64,000 nt of DNA from Nemertoderma westbladi. Lineage: Eukaryota; Animalia; Xenacoelomorpha. The notes under the pieces were generated by a model. The model did no database searches, had not been told where the DNA came from, and worked only from the letters and a program-made list of their open reading frames with translations. The translations under genes and the position numbers were made by a program. The stretch spans positions 1 to 64,000 of the forward strand of contig JAUCBJ010002115.1 in assembly GCA_032718475.1 (NCBI GenBank), written 5' to 3'. Below, piece after piece: positions 50,618 to 64,000 of this stretch. Within the stretch, counting starts at the first letter, position 1; each line of letters begins with the position of its first letter.

Positions 50618-50799
50618 CTGAAACAATTACAATAGTAATAAACAAGACAGCTTTAAACTGCTTGAAAATATTATATAATATCATGACCTACTAAAGATAT
50701 CTTTAGTAAGTCAGTTAGTTATATTATCAATACTCCTAAAATATATAGAAATTTAGTTGTGTTACAAATAAATAACATCAACGTATGAATCGCTTAGAT

Positions 50800-51575
50800 G
50801 AATCACTTGTTGACTTCATTAAAGCCTTCTATTCCTTCTATTCCGTCCCCCGACCACCTATGGCGCCATACGTGTGTTTACCTGATGATGACTCAGGTCC
50901 ACTCTTAGTCCTATGGGGAGTTATTGTAGTTGACACACTTTCTTGCACATTTATTATTCATTATTGTGGTTGATTTTGTTCTACTGATGTCCTTAGATCA
51001 ACTTAATAAAGATGGGGTGATGGTAACACCCCCTACTGGCACAAATAGTAGAGGAAATCCAGCAAAGTATCATACTGATCTAGACTTTGATGATGAATTT
51101 GGGGTACTGTCAGACTCACTAGAGGGAACACAAAAGCCCCTCTGCTCATTGGAGCAGGTTGCTTCTAGTGTTGGTCTTTTTATAAACTCCAAGAAAACTA
51201 AAATTTTGACAGTGAACTTTAACTGCCCTCATGAAATTTCTGATCGTATGAGCACAACCTCCAGCGATGGCTTACCTGAGCACGTGGATGACTTCTGTTA
51301 CATGTGATCATGGATCCGGAAGTCCTTCAGATACGTAAGGGGGAGGCATACGCAGCGTTAAATAGTCTGTCCAGGATTTGGAAGTCCCATAGAATAAAAC
51401 AAAAACTTAAGGTCCGATTATTTAGTCCATGCTGGGCTCTAACTGCAGAGGATACCAAATCTCTGGATGACACTTTCACAAAAATGCTCCGCCGGGTTTG
51501 TTGTGTCAAGTACAAAGATCACTTCTCGAATCGAACTCTATACAACATCAGGCTGTTTCATCGGGGGATTCCAGG
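50800..51575 (+). mobile_element. Decayed RTE RT fragment in a GPCR intron
   Basis: VDFIKAF, LFIIVVDFVL, DLDFDDE and INSKKT motifs with frameshifts. Confidence 0.8.
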
Positions 51576-51772
51576 AAAAATATAGCAAAATATTAAATGT
51601 CCTATAGTTGTCCTGTAGGTCCTATAGTTTTCGGCTCACATATTTTTTTATAGAATAATAATATGAAAAACAATAATATAAAAAATATTATAAAAAATAA
51701 TGTCTAATAATAAAATAGATAGTCCCGTCTACACTATCTGTACTTGCTTTAATAGTACTGATGGTCACTTAC

Positions 51773-51888
51773 CACGTATCCTGTGACAAATCTTTGAATT
51801 TGGGTAATCGAATTTGGAATCCAACAAATACCAAAGAAAATTGAACAAATCAAAGCTGTGCGAATAATATTTGTAGACCTTTTATCTC
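51773..51888 (-). CDS. Class A GPCR exon (TM6, CWxP)
   Basis: DKRSTNIIRTALICSIFFGICWIPNSITQIQRFVTGYV. Confidence 0.92.
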
Positions 51889-52104
51889 CTGTAATTAACA
51901 AAATTCCTGTACAATATGCAGCAATCCCGGAAGGAAGAGTAATAATAAAAAGTTTTTTGAGATTACAGTGTCTGTGGCAATATCAAAATTTCCTGTCAGA
52001 TTTGTCCATTACCTATATTCACATTCGTAGATGAACTGATACATTACATAAGGTAATAAATATTTATCAGAAACCAGTGAACTCGGTTCTTACCATAAAC
52101 ACAC

Positions 52105-52262
52105 CTTTTATTGAAGAGGCCTTTCCAGAAGCAATAAGTTTCAGATATATTGCTGCATAACAGATTCCCATGTAAATAACTTGTGGAAATGGCCGTATAA
52201 CAACAAAATATAGCGGGAGCCAAGGCATTCTATATCTTATGCATTTATAATCATCATCAAAT
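52105..52262 (-). CDS. Class A GPCR exon (ECL2 Cys, TM5)
   Basis: FDDDYKCIRY...PFPQVIYMGICYAAIYLKL; phase 2 to phase 1. Confidence 0.88.
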
Positions 52263-52399
52263 CTAGAAGAAAAAAAATATATTGGCAGTTTGTTGTTCAA
52301 AGTTCCCTTAACATTAAGTTAGCAGCAGCATTTCATTACAGTATTAAAACCAAAACTTCTTGAATAACTGAATGAAACTAACCAGAAAGATCCCAAATT

Positions 52400-53815
52400 C
52401 AAAGATCTTTAAAAATTAACAATAAATCTTTAACAATGTCACCGTCGGTTAAGTACCTAGGAATTCAAATTGATCAAAAGTTATCGTGGAAAACCCATAT
52501 AACATATGTCTTATCAAAGTTATCTAAAACAGCTGGTATTTTTTATAAGTTGCGACACTTTTTTGGTCTACGTATCCTAAAACTTCATTATTTTTCACTC
52601 GTGCACCCGTATATAAACTATGGACTTATTATTTGGGGGAATGCTGGCTCCTCTCTGATAAAAAAAGTAAGACAAAAAATTAATAAAATCTTAAGATGCA
52701 TAACCTTTTCTGACCGTCTCGCGCATCCCTTTCCGTTATATCAAAGTTTTAAAATATTACCCGTTCAACATTTGCACTCACTTCAATATTCAGCCTAAAT
52801 ATTGATCCAGACAAATCAAATTGGATGGTAATCGCAGGAAAAAAGGGAGCAGCTACCGCAAAGTCTCTAAAAATAAACGGAACTGAAATGAAGCCATCGA
52901 ATCATATTAAATTTCTGGGGTTTAAAATCTCACCAACAGGTAAACATTTATCTGAGATCATCAAATCAATTGCAATGCATTCCGAGATATTCCACAACTT
53001 TAGATGGACTGCACAAAGATATAACGTTGAAATAGTAGCCAAGTTATGGAGATCTCTAGCATTACCATCAATTCTATACAAAACAACATATCACTTTGGC
53101 GCATTATCAAAATCGGAGCTACTGTCAGCAGACGCCTACCATAGAAAAGTGTTACGCGGTTTAATTAATGTAGGAAATTACGTGTCCAATGGTACACTGC
53201 TTAACCTATACCGCACCGATGACATATCAAACTCAGCTTACCGGCAATGCTTGGGAACCATGCTGCGTTCGATTAGATCTCCAAACACTCATATCCAGCA
53301 GTGCATAAGGATAGCGGTCCAACTCAACTCCATTGATCCTAAAGGTGCGCAATATTGTGGGATTGGTGGCACCTACAACAATGCCAGGCTACACTATAGT
53401 CTCCCAGAGGTTAGCTCTCTCATGAACTACATACACCTATAACCGCAATCAACTATTTGCAAGGCTGAACTCTGGACAACCGAACTATACAGACAAGGAC
53501 CATGCGGAGTTCATATCGAACTGTTATAATCTATCAAACACTAGCTTTACCATCAAACACAAACGAATAATAGACTACTACGGAATTTAGTTGAATACAT
53601 GGCTTGCCCCTAGGATCTCTGCTTATTTTATTGTTTGATTTGGTGAACTGATGCTATTAACGGTGTTATAATTAACGGCCTAGTTGTGATCTGTGATCAC
53701 AATTTTTACTTCCAATCATATTGTAGTGCAGTTGGATATATATTTTTATCTTTTAAACAGTTTTAATTAATATAAATGCCGGCTAGACTGGTGTACCCGA
53801 ATAATAATAATAATT
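52400..53815 (+). mobile_element. Two adjacent LINE RT C-terminal fragments with an (AAT)n tail
   Basis: VKYLGIQIDQKLSWKTHI...YFSLVHPYINYGLIIWG (CR1/L2-like); second ORF IKFLGFKI; tail at ~53800. Confidence 0.75.
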
Positions 53816-53895
53816 CAAGTATCAGCCTCCATGCACAGTGTATTTTACAACTACTGTATTAGAAAACTGAATATCAAATCAAGCAAGTAACCAAC

Positions 53896-54059
53896 CCGAT
53901 AGCATCCCAAGCAGGAATTTGAAAAGCAAAGCCAAGCAAAATCGCAATGAAAATAAAAAGAAAAGTAAATTTCGCCTTCATTTTCCTCTGATACATTATC
54001 GGGTGAACAATAAGAAGCAACCGATCTGTGGTAATCACACATAAACTGAATGCGGAAAC
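53896..54059 (-). CDS. Class A GPCR exon (TM3 DRY-like motif, TM4)
   Basis: VSAFSLCVITTDRLLLIVHPIMYQRKMKAKFTFLFIFIAILLGFAFQIPAWDAIG. Confidence 0.9.
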
Positions 54060-54354
54060 CTGGAAATAAAATAATTAAATATATAAATCTAGGTCTAAAT
54101 TTACAATTTGATGTAACGTTCCATTTAATGTTCCTGGGTGGAATGAATTTTTACGTGACAAATGTAATTTTTTCTCGCGGAGTGTTCAACTTGAGGAAAT
54201 GTGTGGTGATCTTTTTCTCAGAGAATAATTTTTTGGCTATATTTTGGTTGTCAATGGTTAGGTGATCCAACAACATCTGGCATGGCATGTATCATTCAGC
54301 TGTGCAAACCAAATCATAATAGAAAGCATGGTTAACAATAAACCTTTTAACTTC

Positions 54355-55180
54355 ACCTTCCCACCTTGACACCTTCCCCCATTCCCATCCACCTTCACCA
54401 TTCCCATCTTCTCACCTTCCCATCTTCCCACATTCCCATCCTCTTAACATTCCCAGCTTCACACATTTCCATCCACCTTCCCACGTTTCCATCTTCCCAC
54501 ATTCCCATCTTCCTACATTCCCACCCACTTTCCCGCCTTCCCAAAATTCAATCTTCCTACATTCCCACCGTCTTTCCCACATTCCCACCCACCTTCCCCA
54601 TTCCCATCTTCTCACCTTCCCATCTTCTCACATTCCCATCCTCCCACATTCCCAGCTTCCCACATTTCCATCCACCTTCCGACCTTCCCAAATTTCAATA
54701 TTCCTACATTCCCACCTTCTTTCCCACATTCACAAGAAACTTACCATATTCCCTCCTTCAAACATACCCATCTTCCTACATTCCCATCTTCCTACATTCC
54801 CATCTTCCTACATTCCCACCACCTTCCCACATTCCCACCCAATTCCGGCCTTCCCACATTCCCACCCACCTTCCCACATTCCCACCCACCTTCCCACATT
54901 CTCATCTTCCTACATTCCCACATTCCCATCCACCTTCCCACATTGCCAACTTCCTACATTTCCATCCACCTTCCCACATTTCCATCCACCTTCCCATGTT
55001 CCAAAATTTCAATCTTCCTACATTCCCAGATTCCCATCCACCTTCCCACATTCACATATTCCCATCTTCCCGCAATTCCGTCCACCTTCCCACATTCCCA
55101 TAGTCCTACATTCCCACCTTCCCATCTTCCCACATTCCCATCCATCCACCTTCCCACCCACCCACCCACCTTCTCACTCA
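54355..55180. repeat. Low-complexity (TTCCCACA/CCATC/CCACC) repeat
   Basis: Directly visible; C-rich plus strand. Confidence 0.9.
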
Positions 55181-55437
55181 CCAACCGACCTACTGATCAA
55201 CAGACTACCCCCTACTCTTCGCGCAGCACATGAATACCAAAATACCCCCACGTGAACTTTCCTCGATGGTGGACAATTCTAAAGTTGCCTAATGATAGTG
55301 AATGGGCCAAATTCCTTTCCCATGTGATTTTTTTTGCTGGGAATGGGAAACTTCACATGGGCGTATGTGTTAGTAGTAGAGTTGACATCGACATCCAGCT
55401 GATAAAATAGCTAGTCGGGAAAGGTTGATAAACTTAC

Positions 55438-55511
55438 CATATATGTCATCCATAATAACTGACTGTTCCAAATTAAACTGCAATATAATCTGCCAGCTAC
55501 ATAACTTGCAC
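55438..55511 (-). CDS. Class A GPCR exon (start of TM3)
   Basis: ASYVAGRLYCSLIWNSQLLWMTYM with the conserved TM3 Cys; ag/gt boundaries. Confidence 0.85.
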
Positions 55512-56042
55512 CTGAAATAATAGAATAGTAGTAACTATAAATAATATCCTCAGGTACCCTCAGTACCCTCAGGGGTGCAGCCTGGATTTGACTGGGCGAT
55601 GCGATGTGTCAAATGTGTAATGTTGTTATAATTCAGTGCCCCATCACCCCAAATGTTTAATAAAAATTCGTAATGAGATTGCATGAAATTTGAAACAGTG
55701 ATAACCTACTTCTTACTGGGTGACTGTAAAAATACGATTTTATTTATATGTATGTAATAAATTTCGCACTACCAAATCACCAGGGCGACATATTTTCCAA
55801 CTTTATATCGCAGTGCGACATTATTTCTCAGTATGTCCCTACGCGATGAATTTACTATGTATTTCCAGTATATCCAGTATGTCATCGCGTCATTATTAGG
55901 TTGATATAGAAAGTTAAGTGCCTAACTACAAATAATTATCCTCAAATAAATAAAATAATATTCGCCATTGTTCATAATTAGCACTTAAAGCTTTTACGGC
56001 ATGTTTGCATGTAATCATGTAAGTAATTGAGATGGCACTTAC

Positions 56043-56077
56043 TGTAGATGGCAGATAGAGACAAAGTGTTCCAAACG
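56043..56077 (-). CDS. Class A GPCR, small exon (end of TM2/ECL1)
   Basis: Pyrimidine tract and cag acceptor; VWNTLSLSAIY; gtaagt donor; phase fits the next exon. Confidence 0.6.
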
Positions 56078-56365
56078 CTGTAAGGAATAGAGAAAGTGGG
56101 TGAAATCATGTAAGGGTTATTATACCAACAGTATTAGAAGAGTAGGCTAGCAGCAGCAGGTGACATTAGCCTAGTCAGTAGGCCTATAATAGAACATTGT
56201 GTTATGGTTTATACAGGGTTGCATGCTTATGGTAAAACGATTGGAACATTGACTACTAGTGTCTAGGGATACATTCCTTTTTACACAGAGTTCAAGTGTT
56301 AGACTGTAGGTTTACTTAGGTCTGCTATTCGTGTGTAGCCAACTGAACTAGCGCGCCAACGAGTA

Positions 56366-57304
56366 GCTCGTACAATAGGAAGTAAATGGATGTCTGCTGG
56401 CCGACCTCATGGTACTTGATATGTCTCGACGCGCTCGTACAATAAGAAGTAAACGGATGCCTGCTGGCCGACCTCATGGTACTTGATATGTCTCGACGCG
56501 CTCGTACAATAGGAAGTAAACGGATGTCTGCTGGCCGACCTCATGGTACTTGATAGGAAGTAAACGGATGTCTGCTGGCCGACCTCATGGTACTTGATAT
56601 GTCTCGACGCGCTCGTACAATAGGAAGTAAATGGATGTCTGCTGGCCGACCTCATGGTACTTGATAGGAAGTAAACGGATGTCTGCTGGCCGACCTCATG
56701 GTACTTGATAGGAAGTAAACGGATGTCTGCTGGCCGACCTCATGGTACTTGATATGTCTCGACGCGCTCGTACAATAGGAAGTAAACGGATGTCTGCTGG
56801 CCGACCTCATCGTACTTGATTGTCTCGACGCGCTCGTACAATAGGAAGTAAACGGATGTCTGCTGGCCGACCTCATGGTACTTGATATGTCTCGACGCGC
56901 TCGTACAATAGGAAGTAAACGGATGTCTGCTGGCCGACCTCATGGTACTTGATATGTCTCGACGCGCTCGTACAATAGGAAGTAAATGGATGTCTGCTGG
57001 CCGACCTCATGGTACTTGATATGTCTCGACGCGCTCGTACAATAGGAAGTAAACGGATGTCTGCTGGCCGACCTCATGGTACTTGATATGTCTCGACACG
57101 CTCGTACAATAGGAAGTAAACGGATGTCTGCTGGCCGACCTCATGGTACTTGATATGTCTCGACGCGCTCGTACAATAGGAAGTAAACGGATGTCTGCTG
57201 GCCGACCTCATGGTACTTGATATGTCTCGACGCGCTCGTACAATAGGAAGTAAACGGATGTCTGCTGGCCGACCTCATGGTACTTGATATGTCTCGACGC
57301 GCTC
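56366..57304. repeat. 67-bp tandem repeat with 44-bp deletion variants
   Basis: Period 67 (56881/56948); period 44 at 56641/56685. Confidence 0.95.
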
Positions 57305-57519
57305 AAATGCGCCGTAGAAACCTGTCGATAAACATAAATGCAAATCGAGTAAATGTTAAACATCATTTGCAAAATTTAAGAGTTTATTGAGTGAGAGTTT
57401 ATTTCATTGGAGCATTTATGTTTACAAATTGTGAAATGCTTTTAAATATGAACATCAAATGAAAAAATATCAATATTAAATACTATCAATAAAGCTAGCT
57501 ACTATATTACTACAATTTT

Positions 57520-58575
57520 CTAATGTAATTGTTCAACTTCGGGGTATTTTGCAAGGGGATTCTTTGTCACCTTCTTCCTTCCTGATGTTTATTGCGGACC
57601 TGGCACAAGTTCTCCAACAAATTGCTTCTACCATAAGTTCATATTTATTGATGACGACCTAGTTATATACTCGCTAAAGAACAGTGATATCCAAAACGCA
57701 CTAAACGAACTCTACAAATGGTCCATTAAAAACTTGATGGAATTAAATATGGGGAAAACCAAAATAATTAAATTTAGGAAAGGCGGTCGAACATCCAGGG
57801 CAGATGTCTTCTACTACAACGGCGTCCAAGTACCGTTATGCAACGAATACGAGTACATAGGGGTCACCCTACAACCATCGTTATCATTCTCACGACACAT
57901 AAACCAGAAGAAAAGGAAAGCTTTCTCAGCAATAGGATGCCTAAAAGATCTTCACGATGTTTCTATTAACACTGGCCTAACTATCTTCCAAATGAAAATA
58001 GACCCTATGGTTAATTATGCCTTCACAGAGATCGCCAAATTCTTTACTCTCGCGGACCTTACACAAATTGATATCAAATCAACTTATGTGAAACATCTTC
58101 TTGGTTTGCCAAAAAATGCCTCTTCCACCGTGGCCCTGAAAATGATTCCAACGAACACATACATAGAAGATTTATCACTGCGTTATCCTTCAATGTTTGA
58201 ACCTACTGTTCTAGAACAATATCAACTACATCGCCAGACAAAAGAAAGCTTATTTGTTGCAGAAAATTATTCTGAAGGCCCTGCATTTACAACATCACAG
58301 TGGCGCTCTCCCGGCCAAAAGAATCGATACCTCATAACTCGAGTAACTGTCCATGGTTTCCATTGGAAAATATTCCGAAATAAAACCCCCTTTCACGAAC
58401 TTGGGGATGCCTGCACCTGTATTTATTGCGGGGGTCCTGCTTCCGACCGGCTCCATGCTATTAGATGTGCGAGTTTCCCTCACCTATCCCTTCTATGAAG
58501 CCTCTAGTTATGTCTTCGGATTATTCCCTTTCAGTATTATTTTTTACCTATTATATTTTAAATTATTTTAATTTC
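57520..58575 (+). mobile_element. LINE RT 3' fragment
   Basis: GILQGDSLSP, DDLV, LNMGKTKI, YEYIGV and C-terminal CIYC..H..C. Confidence 0.85.
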
Positions 58576-61500
58576 GTATTTTAAATTACACTGTATATAT
58601 CCTAGAAAGTGTGTTGAAATAATGCTTACAGGCAGAGGCAGTGGACAGAAAGAGACAAGCAGTATGATTCTACAGACTCTGAGCTTTCACAATCATATTT
58701 TGGGTTTTGAAAAACATTATTTTTTACAAAAATTGACTCATGTTGGCCACTTTTCCGTATATCGCCCCGATAGTTAGATAAGTATAGACATTATTACACA
58801 TTACATCATTACTTATTACAAGGCAATTGGTAGGCTATATTGTATAAAGTGTAATGGCACACGACAGGGTGTGTCATTATAATCACGTTATAATCACGTA
58901 TATTGTTAATATACCGTTGTTTTATCCATTATATTTCCTTATAAGGCCATACATAACGCTCCATTAGTTTTCCGTTGTTACGCATTTCTAGTACAGTTTC
59001 TCATTATATGCCTGGATGGGCAAAAATGTAATAGGAATAGGAACAGCAAGACATCATCATGTTACTTAGAAGTGGTGAAACAAATCATTTACTCAAGAAG
59101 ACATGTGCCACTGTCCCGCAGTGTATGAGGTCATTTCTCATCCCCAATGGCGGCCAGTTTGAGTGACGTTACTGTTAATTAATATGTAAAATGGGAGTAC
59201 TTCCTGATATCTACTGTGGCGCAAAAAGCTAATGACATCCGCAGATAGTTATAAGATTGCCGGGAATGTTTAATTTATTAGCTGTTTGTTTCCAAGGCAG
59301 CATTTATTCAAATAAACCCAATAAACGCCCCCGACTATCCAATTACACCATGTCCCAGAATATAGTGTCGTAATTCAGTGACACTCCCCCTCACCAATTT
59401 TTCTACAAATCTTAATGAGATTGCAAGGAATTTGGAACAGAGTTAGTTTCACCTCCCGACCACTACTGACTGGGTGAGCCAGATTTTTATTTTTGCTTTC
59501 AATCTTTAGCTACAAGCGTTTAAAAAAGTGTCTCTCAGCGATATTACACCAGTTACACCGCAGTTATTCTTCTACCTTATAGCTGTTTGTTGGTACCAAT
59601 GGAAAGCTGGTCATGCTAGGCTGAAGGTTTTCATTACAGATATTTCTAAAATGATTTTATACAAGCCCACTAGCGGTGGACATGAGAACTGCCGCGGGAT
59701 TACTGTCCCAACAAAGACGCAGCCTGTTGATGGTCTACAGAGAATGTTAGGGAAAGAGGACAGCGTTGCATGATACTTTATGTGGTGAAGACAGAAGCAA
59801 AGCAAAAAAGTGGGTTTTCATTATCGTGCATACACTGCTGTCGAACGGTGATCACAACCTGACCGTACAGTGTGGGGTACCTCGCCTGAAAGCGACCCTC
59901 CGGCAACCGTACAATACAGTCTATTGCCGTACGGCATTCCAAACATACCGTACGGGCGCCTGACGGCTGCTGTATAGACAAATATCACAACTTCTTACCG
60001 TACGGTCAACGTACGGCTGTCGTACGACCGAGTATAAACGGACCTTAAAGAACTGCAGATGCAGAATTGCAATACTACGGTCTAATACGATTCTTCCAAG
60101 TGTCGGCTTGAACTGATTAAAAGCAAAGAAATCTGAGGACAATTAATGTTTATTGTCTCTAGCGGTAGAATATTTAACTGTGGTGCCTGTCTCTAGAAAA
60201 TCTCCACTTTTGGTCTTATTGATCCCTAACCGACAGCATTAAATCCGACAAAGATATTAGCATGTCAAAATCGTAACAACAACAACGACAACAACTATTT
60301 GCAAAAATTGACCCACCCCCATAACAGTGTCACCGCCAACTTCGTGGCTAGCCCCACAGCTACAGTTATATTGTCGGTTGATTTTGACTACCGGGCTTTT
60401 CATAAAGTGAAAGAAAAATGGCAACCTGCCCATGTGTAGTATACCAGACTTTCTGCAGATATTTTTCACATTGCAGTTACCCCCATCCCATGTGAAGAAT
60501 ACCATGTCTCACTAAAACCCATGTCACAGAAGGGCTGAAACTAACCAAAACAAGTAAGTAAGAAAATTCTTCATATATAAAATTTGACCGAAAAGTGAAA
60601 ACCTGGTATTCTGCGCATGGACGGCTATTGCTATACCGGTACAATTCAAAACCCAGAACAATCCAAAATACAAAAGTTGCATAACTACCAGAAGAATTGT
60701 CAGTGAGTGTTTAATACCATTCATTCCCAATAAATAGCTAAAATAAAGACGCTATCCTCTGCAGAATTTAATGTTTTTTTTATTAACAATTAGGCCATTC
60801 AGTTTACAATAATCGGCAAAATGATCCAAAGCTTCACGAAAGGGGTCAATTAATTTCCATATAGTCTAATAAACTGTGTTCGTTGGTGTTTTACTCGGCC
60901 ACTACCGACGGCTGTGAATCGTTCTGCCGTCCAAATAACGACGACATTTCCTTATACTACATGACCAACCAAAGTCAGGGGTTCTATTTATTGCAAACTT
61001 TGCTGTGGTATCAACAACAAGGATAGTAGCTGTAGATAACCAGACAAATGCTACAGTGGCGACGCCTAGAACGGAATAAACGGAACGAATAAATTATACA
61101 TGTTTCCCAAATGTTGGAGATTTGGGACCTGAGATGGACATCACTCACTCCTACAGTTGCCATGCACTGGCTCACTTTTCATCTGGGTTAAATATACGTT
61201 AAACTTTATTCAATTTGTTCTACGTTTCTTCTATACGTTTCTTGTTGTCCATTTCTATACTCGCGTATTAAAAAATAATTTAGAACACTGGGAAGGAGCA
61301 GAGCAGGTTACAGATGATGTGTTTTGTAACCAAAACAATAAACTAAACTAAATTCCGCATGTGCCTAATTTGCACTAGACAACTTTTTTTCTCTTGCGAT
61401 CAACTTGCACCACAATCTAATAACGATTACCATGGGAACACCGCGAAAATGTAAATAAATTGAGAGGCACCAACACATAAATAGTGAGTCGAAACTATCT

Positions 61501-62416
61501 CTGGATTCAATTTTCCAACAATCTCAATTGCTCCTAAAAGCTCCCAAATTAGAATAATACTTTAATATTATATATATAATAATATAATATATTAATAATA
61601 ATATATTTAGGATAAACATTTAGTAGATACCACACAATCACATCCTATGTAAACCAAATAGATGTATGAGAGAACACGGTCCGGTCACGTAATCAAACTC
61701 TGACCGAGTGCCACTCTACCTCCCTAACTACCATCTTTATCCTTAAGGAAATAAACATTAAACTAGGATCCGCCCATCTCTAGCGGGACTCGTTTCGTTG
61801 TAGTGTCCCTATTAATTATTCCGACAGCAGGAAGCACTCACTCAATGCCACGCGTTGCTAACACAAAGGAGATCACGTTTTTATACCCCACCGGCCAATT
61901 AATATCGCAGTTGGTTGCGGAATACAAATGTTGAGAATGGAAGATTAAAGATGAAGGCGGACACGTACCTACGTTGTACCGGAAATAAAGCTATAAATAT
62001 AATAGATCGGGAAACCAATGACACAATAATTAACATTGAATATTTTATGGCCTATGTGTATCGGCAAATGAAATAAATAATTAAAGATTTTGATGTCGGA
62101 GATTGTTTCGTGCGCGCTTCGTATCTACGTCAGGGGCTTCTCGTATCCGACGAGGTACATTAGCTGAAATTATATGACGCTATTTGTCCCGAAAGGACAA
62201 TTTATACATTAATTTTCTTTTTAATATTAAGGACTTCTAATACGCCCTTAAAGCGTCAAACTAATACATCTATCTAATACACTAAAGCATCAACTCTGGA
62301 TTGCGGCTGCCAAATAACTGCGACACCATTATTGTAATTTTCATCTGGTATGCACAAATTATGTGCTTTAACTAACGTACTGCATATAAGTTTTACTTGG
62401 AAAAATGTTGTATTAA

Positions 62417-63640
62417 GGGGGGGGGGGGGGGGGGGGGGGGGCACATCCCCTGTCTTTTTTTCTTGTCTTCTTTACAGTTTGTTGGGTTTTCCGATGTAAC
62501 ATTTTATGGTGATTCCGAGTCAGAAATCAGTTTTTTGATAAGTTGTTTCGTTCTCGAGTTATGGCAACATTTGTAATTTTCACGCAAAATTTGAAAAGTT
62601 TTAATTTTAGTGCAGCACCACTTTTGACTCCAAAAAAAGACCATAAAGCACCCGAAATTTTCGGTTTAATTCCCTATTTTCGGAATCAGCGCCAAAAACT
62701 ACCGAATGGGTATCAAAACCATATAAGATCATTTTTTTTTAATTTGATTTTTTCACTTTTTGTGGATATTTGGTCGGTTGTGATCAGGGGAAAACTTTAA
62801 TGTCATTTTTCTCGCGTTGGCTTTTTTGGGACACTTAATCTGTCTACTTTTTAACTACTCAACAACCGATTTTCATTCTGTTTGCTGAATTATGTCCAGT
62901 AATATTCCGCGCAAAAACTATGTTGACAGAATTTTTAAATATTGTTTAAAAAAAGGTACGGCATTTTTCGTTTCAAAAGTACCCAAAAATAAAAAAAATC
63001 TAAATTTTCGCTATTTATTATTTAGAAAATTACATAACGTTTTTTGAAACAAAATTTAAAAATGTTGTCAACACAATTTTTGCACGGTATAATTCATAAT
63101 AGGAATATTACATAATTCTTCATTTCAATTTTCAAAACAGAAGGAAAATCGGTTGAGTAGGTAAAAAATAGACAGTGAAAGTGTCCCAAAAAAGGAAACG
63201 TGAGAAAAATTACATTAAAATTTTATCTTGATTACAAGTACAACAGACCAAACATGCACCAAATGTGAACATTTTTCAATTTTTTTCAAAAATTATCTTC
63301 TTAAATCATGGTTTTGATATTTATTGGCGCATATTCCGAAAATTGCAAAATATGACGACATTTATACTTTTTGGTCTCAAAGTGGTGCTGTGCTGCACCA
63401 AATTTACAAATTTTCCAATTTTGAGTGAAAATTACACATGTTTCCATAACTCGAGAACGAAAAAACTTATCGAAAAACAGATATCATATTAGTAATAACC
63501 ATAAAATTGTACAACGTAGTGCAGTTGCACCAAGAAAATTAAATGTTGTAAATTATTATTATATCGATGGTAACATTTTATCAAAGTTATTAAATATATT
63601 AATTAATACCAATCATTACATATCCTGACCCTACCGCCCC
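62417..63640. mobile_element. Foldback MITE flanked by TTAA (Kolobok-like GG...CC termini)
   Basis: TTAA|GGGG at 62413-62420 and CCCC|TTAA at 63637-63644; long internal inverted repeats (62530-62600 vs 63410-63480; 62800-62940 vs 63060-63215). Confidence 0.75.
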
Positions 63641-63738
63641 TTAACTCCTTCAACACAGTCACTTAAAAGAGATCGTCACAGGATCAAGTAATGTTCCACC
63701 ATGCAACTGTAATGGGAGAGAAAGGGTCAGAGGCAAGT

Positions 63739-63806
63739 GGCTGAACTGGTTAGCCCTACTGATGAGGCCTGATAGGCCGAAACGGACGCATAGCGCTGGT
63801 TCAACC
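63739..63806 (+). ncRNA. Degenerate type I minimal hammerhead ribozyme
   Basis: CTGATGA (63759), stem II GGCCT-GAT-AGGCC, GAAAC; stem I ...AGCCCTA/TAGCGCT...; cleavage triplet reads GCA instead of GUH. Confidence 0.7.
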
Positions 63807-64000
63807 CACGGTGACGTGGTCCCTCATTTTTTCTATTTCTGAACAAAACCGTAATATTACATATAATTTTGAATTGGATGTATGAATATATAATACGTGT
63901 GAAACACTAACAAGAACGGAGTAGATGATCCACATAGATGTTAATCATGCACTCTCTACAATTACACTATGTTTTGGTTGATAAATCTCTAAACTTGAAA

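Noticed and set aside
54366-55233. Pro/His/Ser-rich ORFs
   Set aside because: Low-complexity repeat in a GPCR intron on the opposite strand.
60880-61065. Possible terminal exon (GVATVAFVWLSTATILVV...)
   Set aside because: Open and hydrophobic, but no recognisable motif or linked exons.

Overview
AT-rich animal (invertebrate-type) genomic DNA, mostly nested transposable elements and tandem repeats. Two spliced host genes lie on the minus strand. One is a DEG/ENaC/ASIC-family channel (4 exons traced, 28430->9859), whose 16.6-kb third intron holds an RTE LINE, a BEL/Pao LTR element inserted into that LINE, and a solo LTR. The other is a class A GPCR (6 exons traced, 56077->50480; TM1/TM2 exons not found). 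The most unusual element is the young BEL/Pao retrotransposon at 10941-22082 (1264-bp LTRs, AAAGC TSD). It has no tRNA-type primer-binding site; the 11 nt abutting its 5' LTR are exactly complementary to an 11-mer inside the LTR, the layout of Tf1-type self-priming. It encodes an in-frame Gag-protease without RT or integrase, and has a ~482-codon Cys/His-rich extra ORF split by one in-frame TGA. Also present: two solo LTRs carrying covarying RNA hairpin modules, a near-complete CR1/L2 LINE interrupted by a TGT-bounded HINE-like element, a 6.3-kb 85-bp satellite with higher-order structure, a TTAA-flanked foldback MITE and a degenerate hammerhead ribozyme. All calls were made by eye without database searches.
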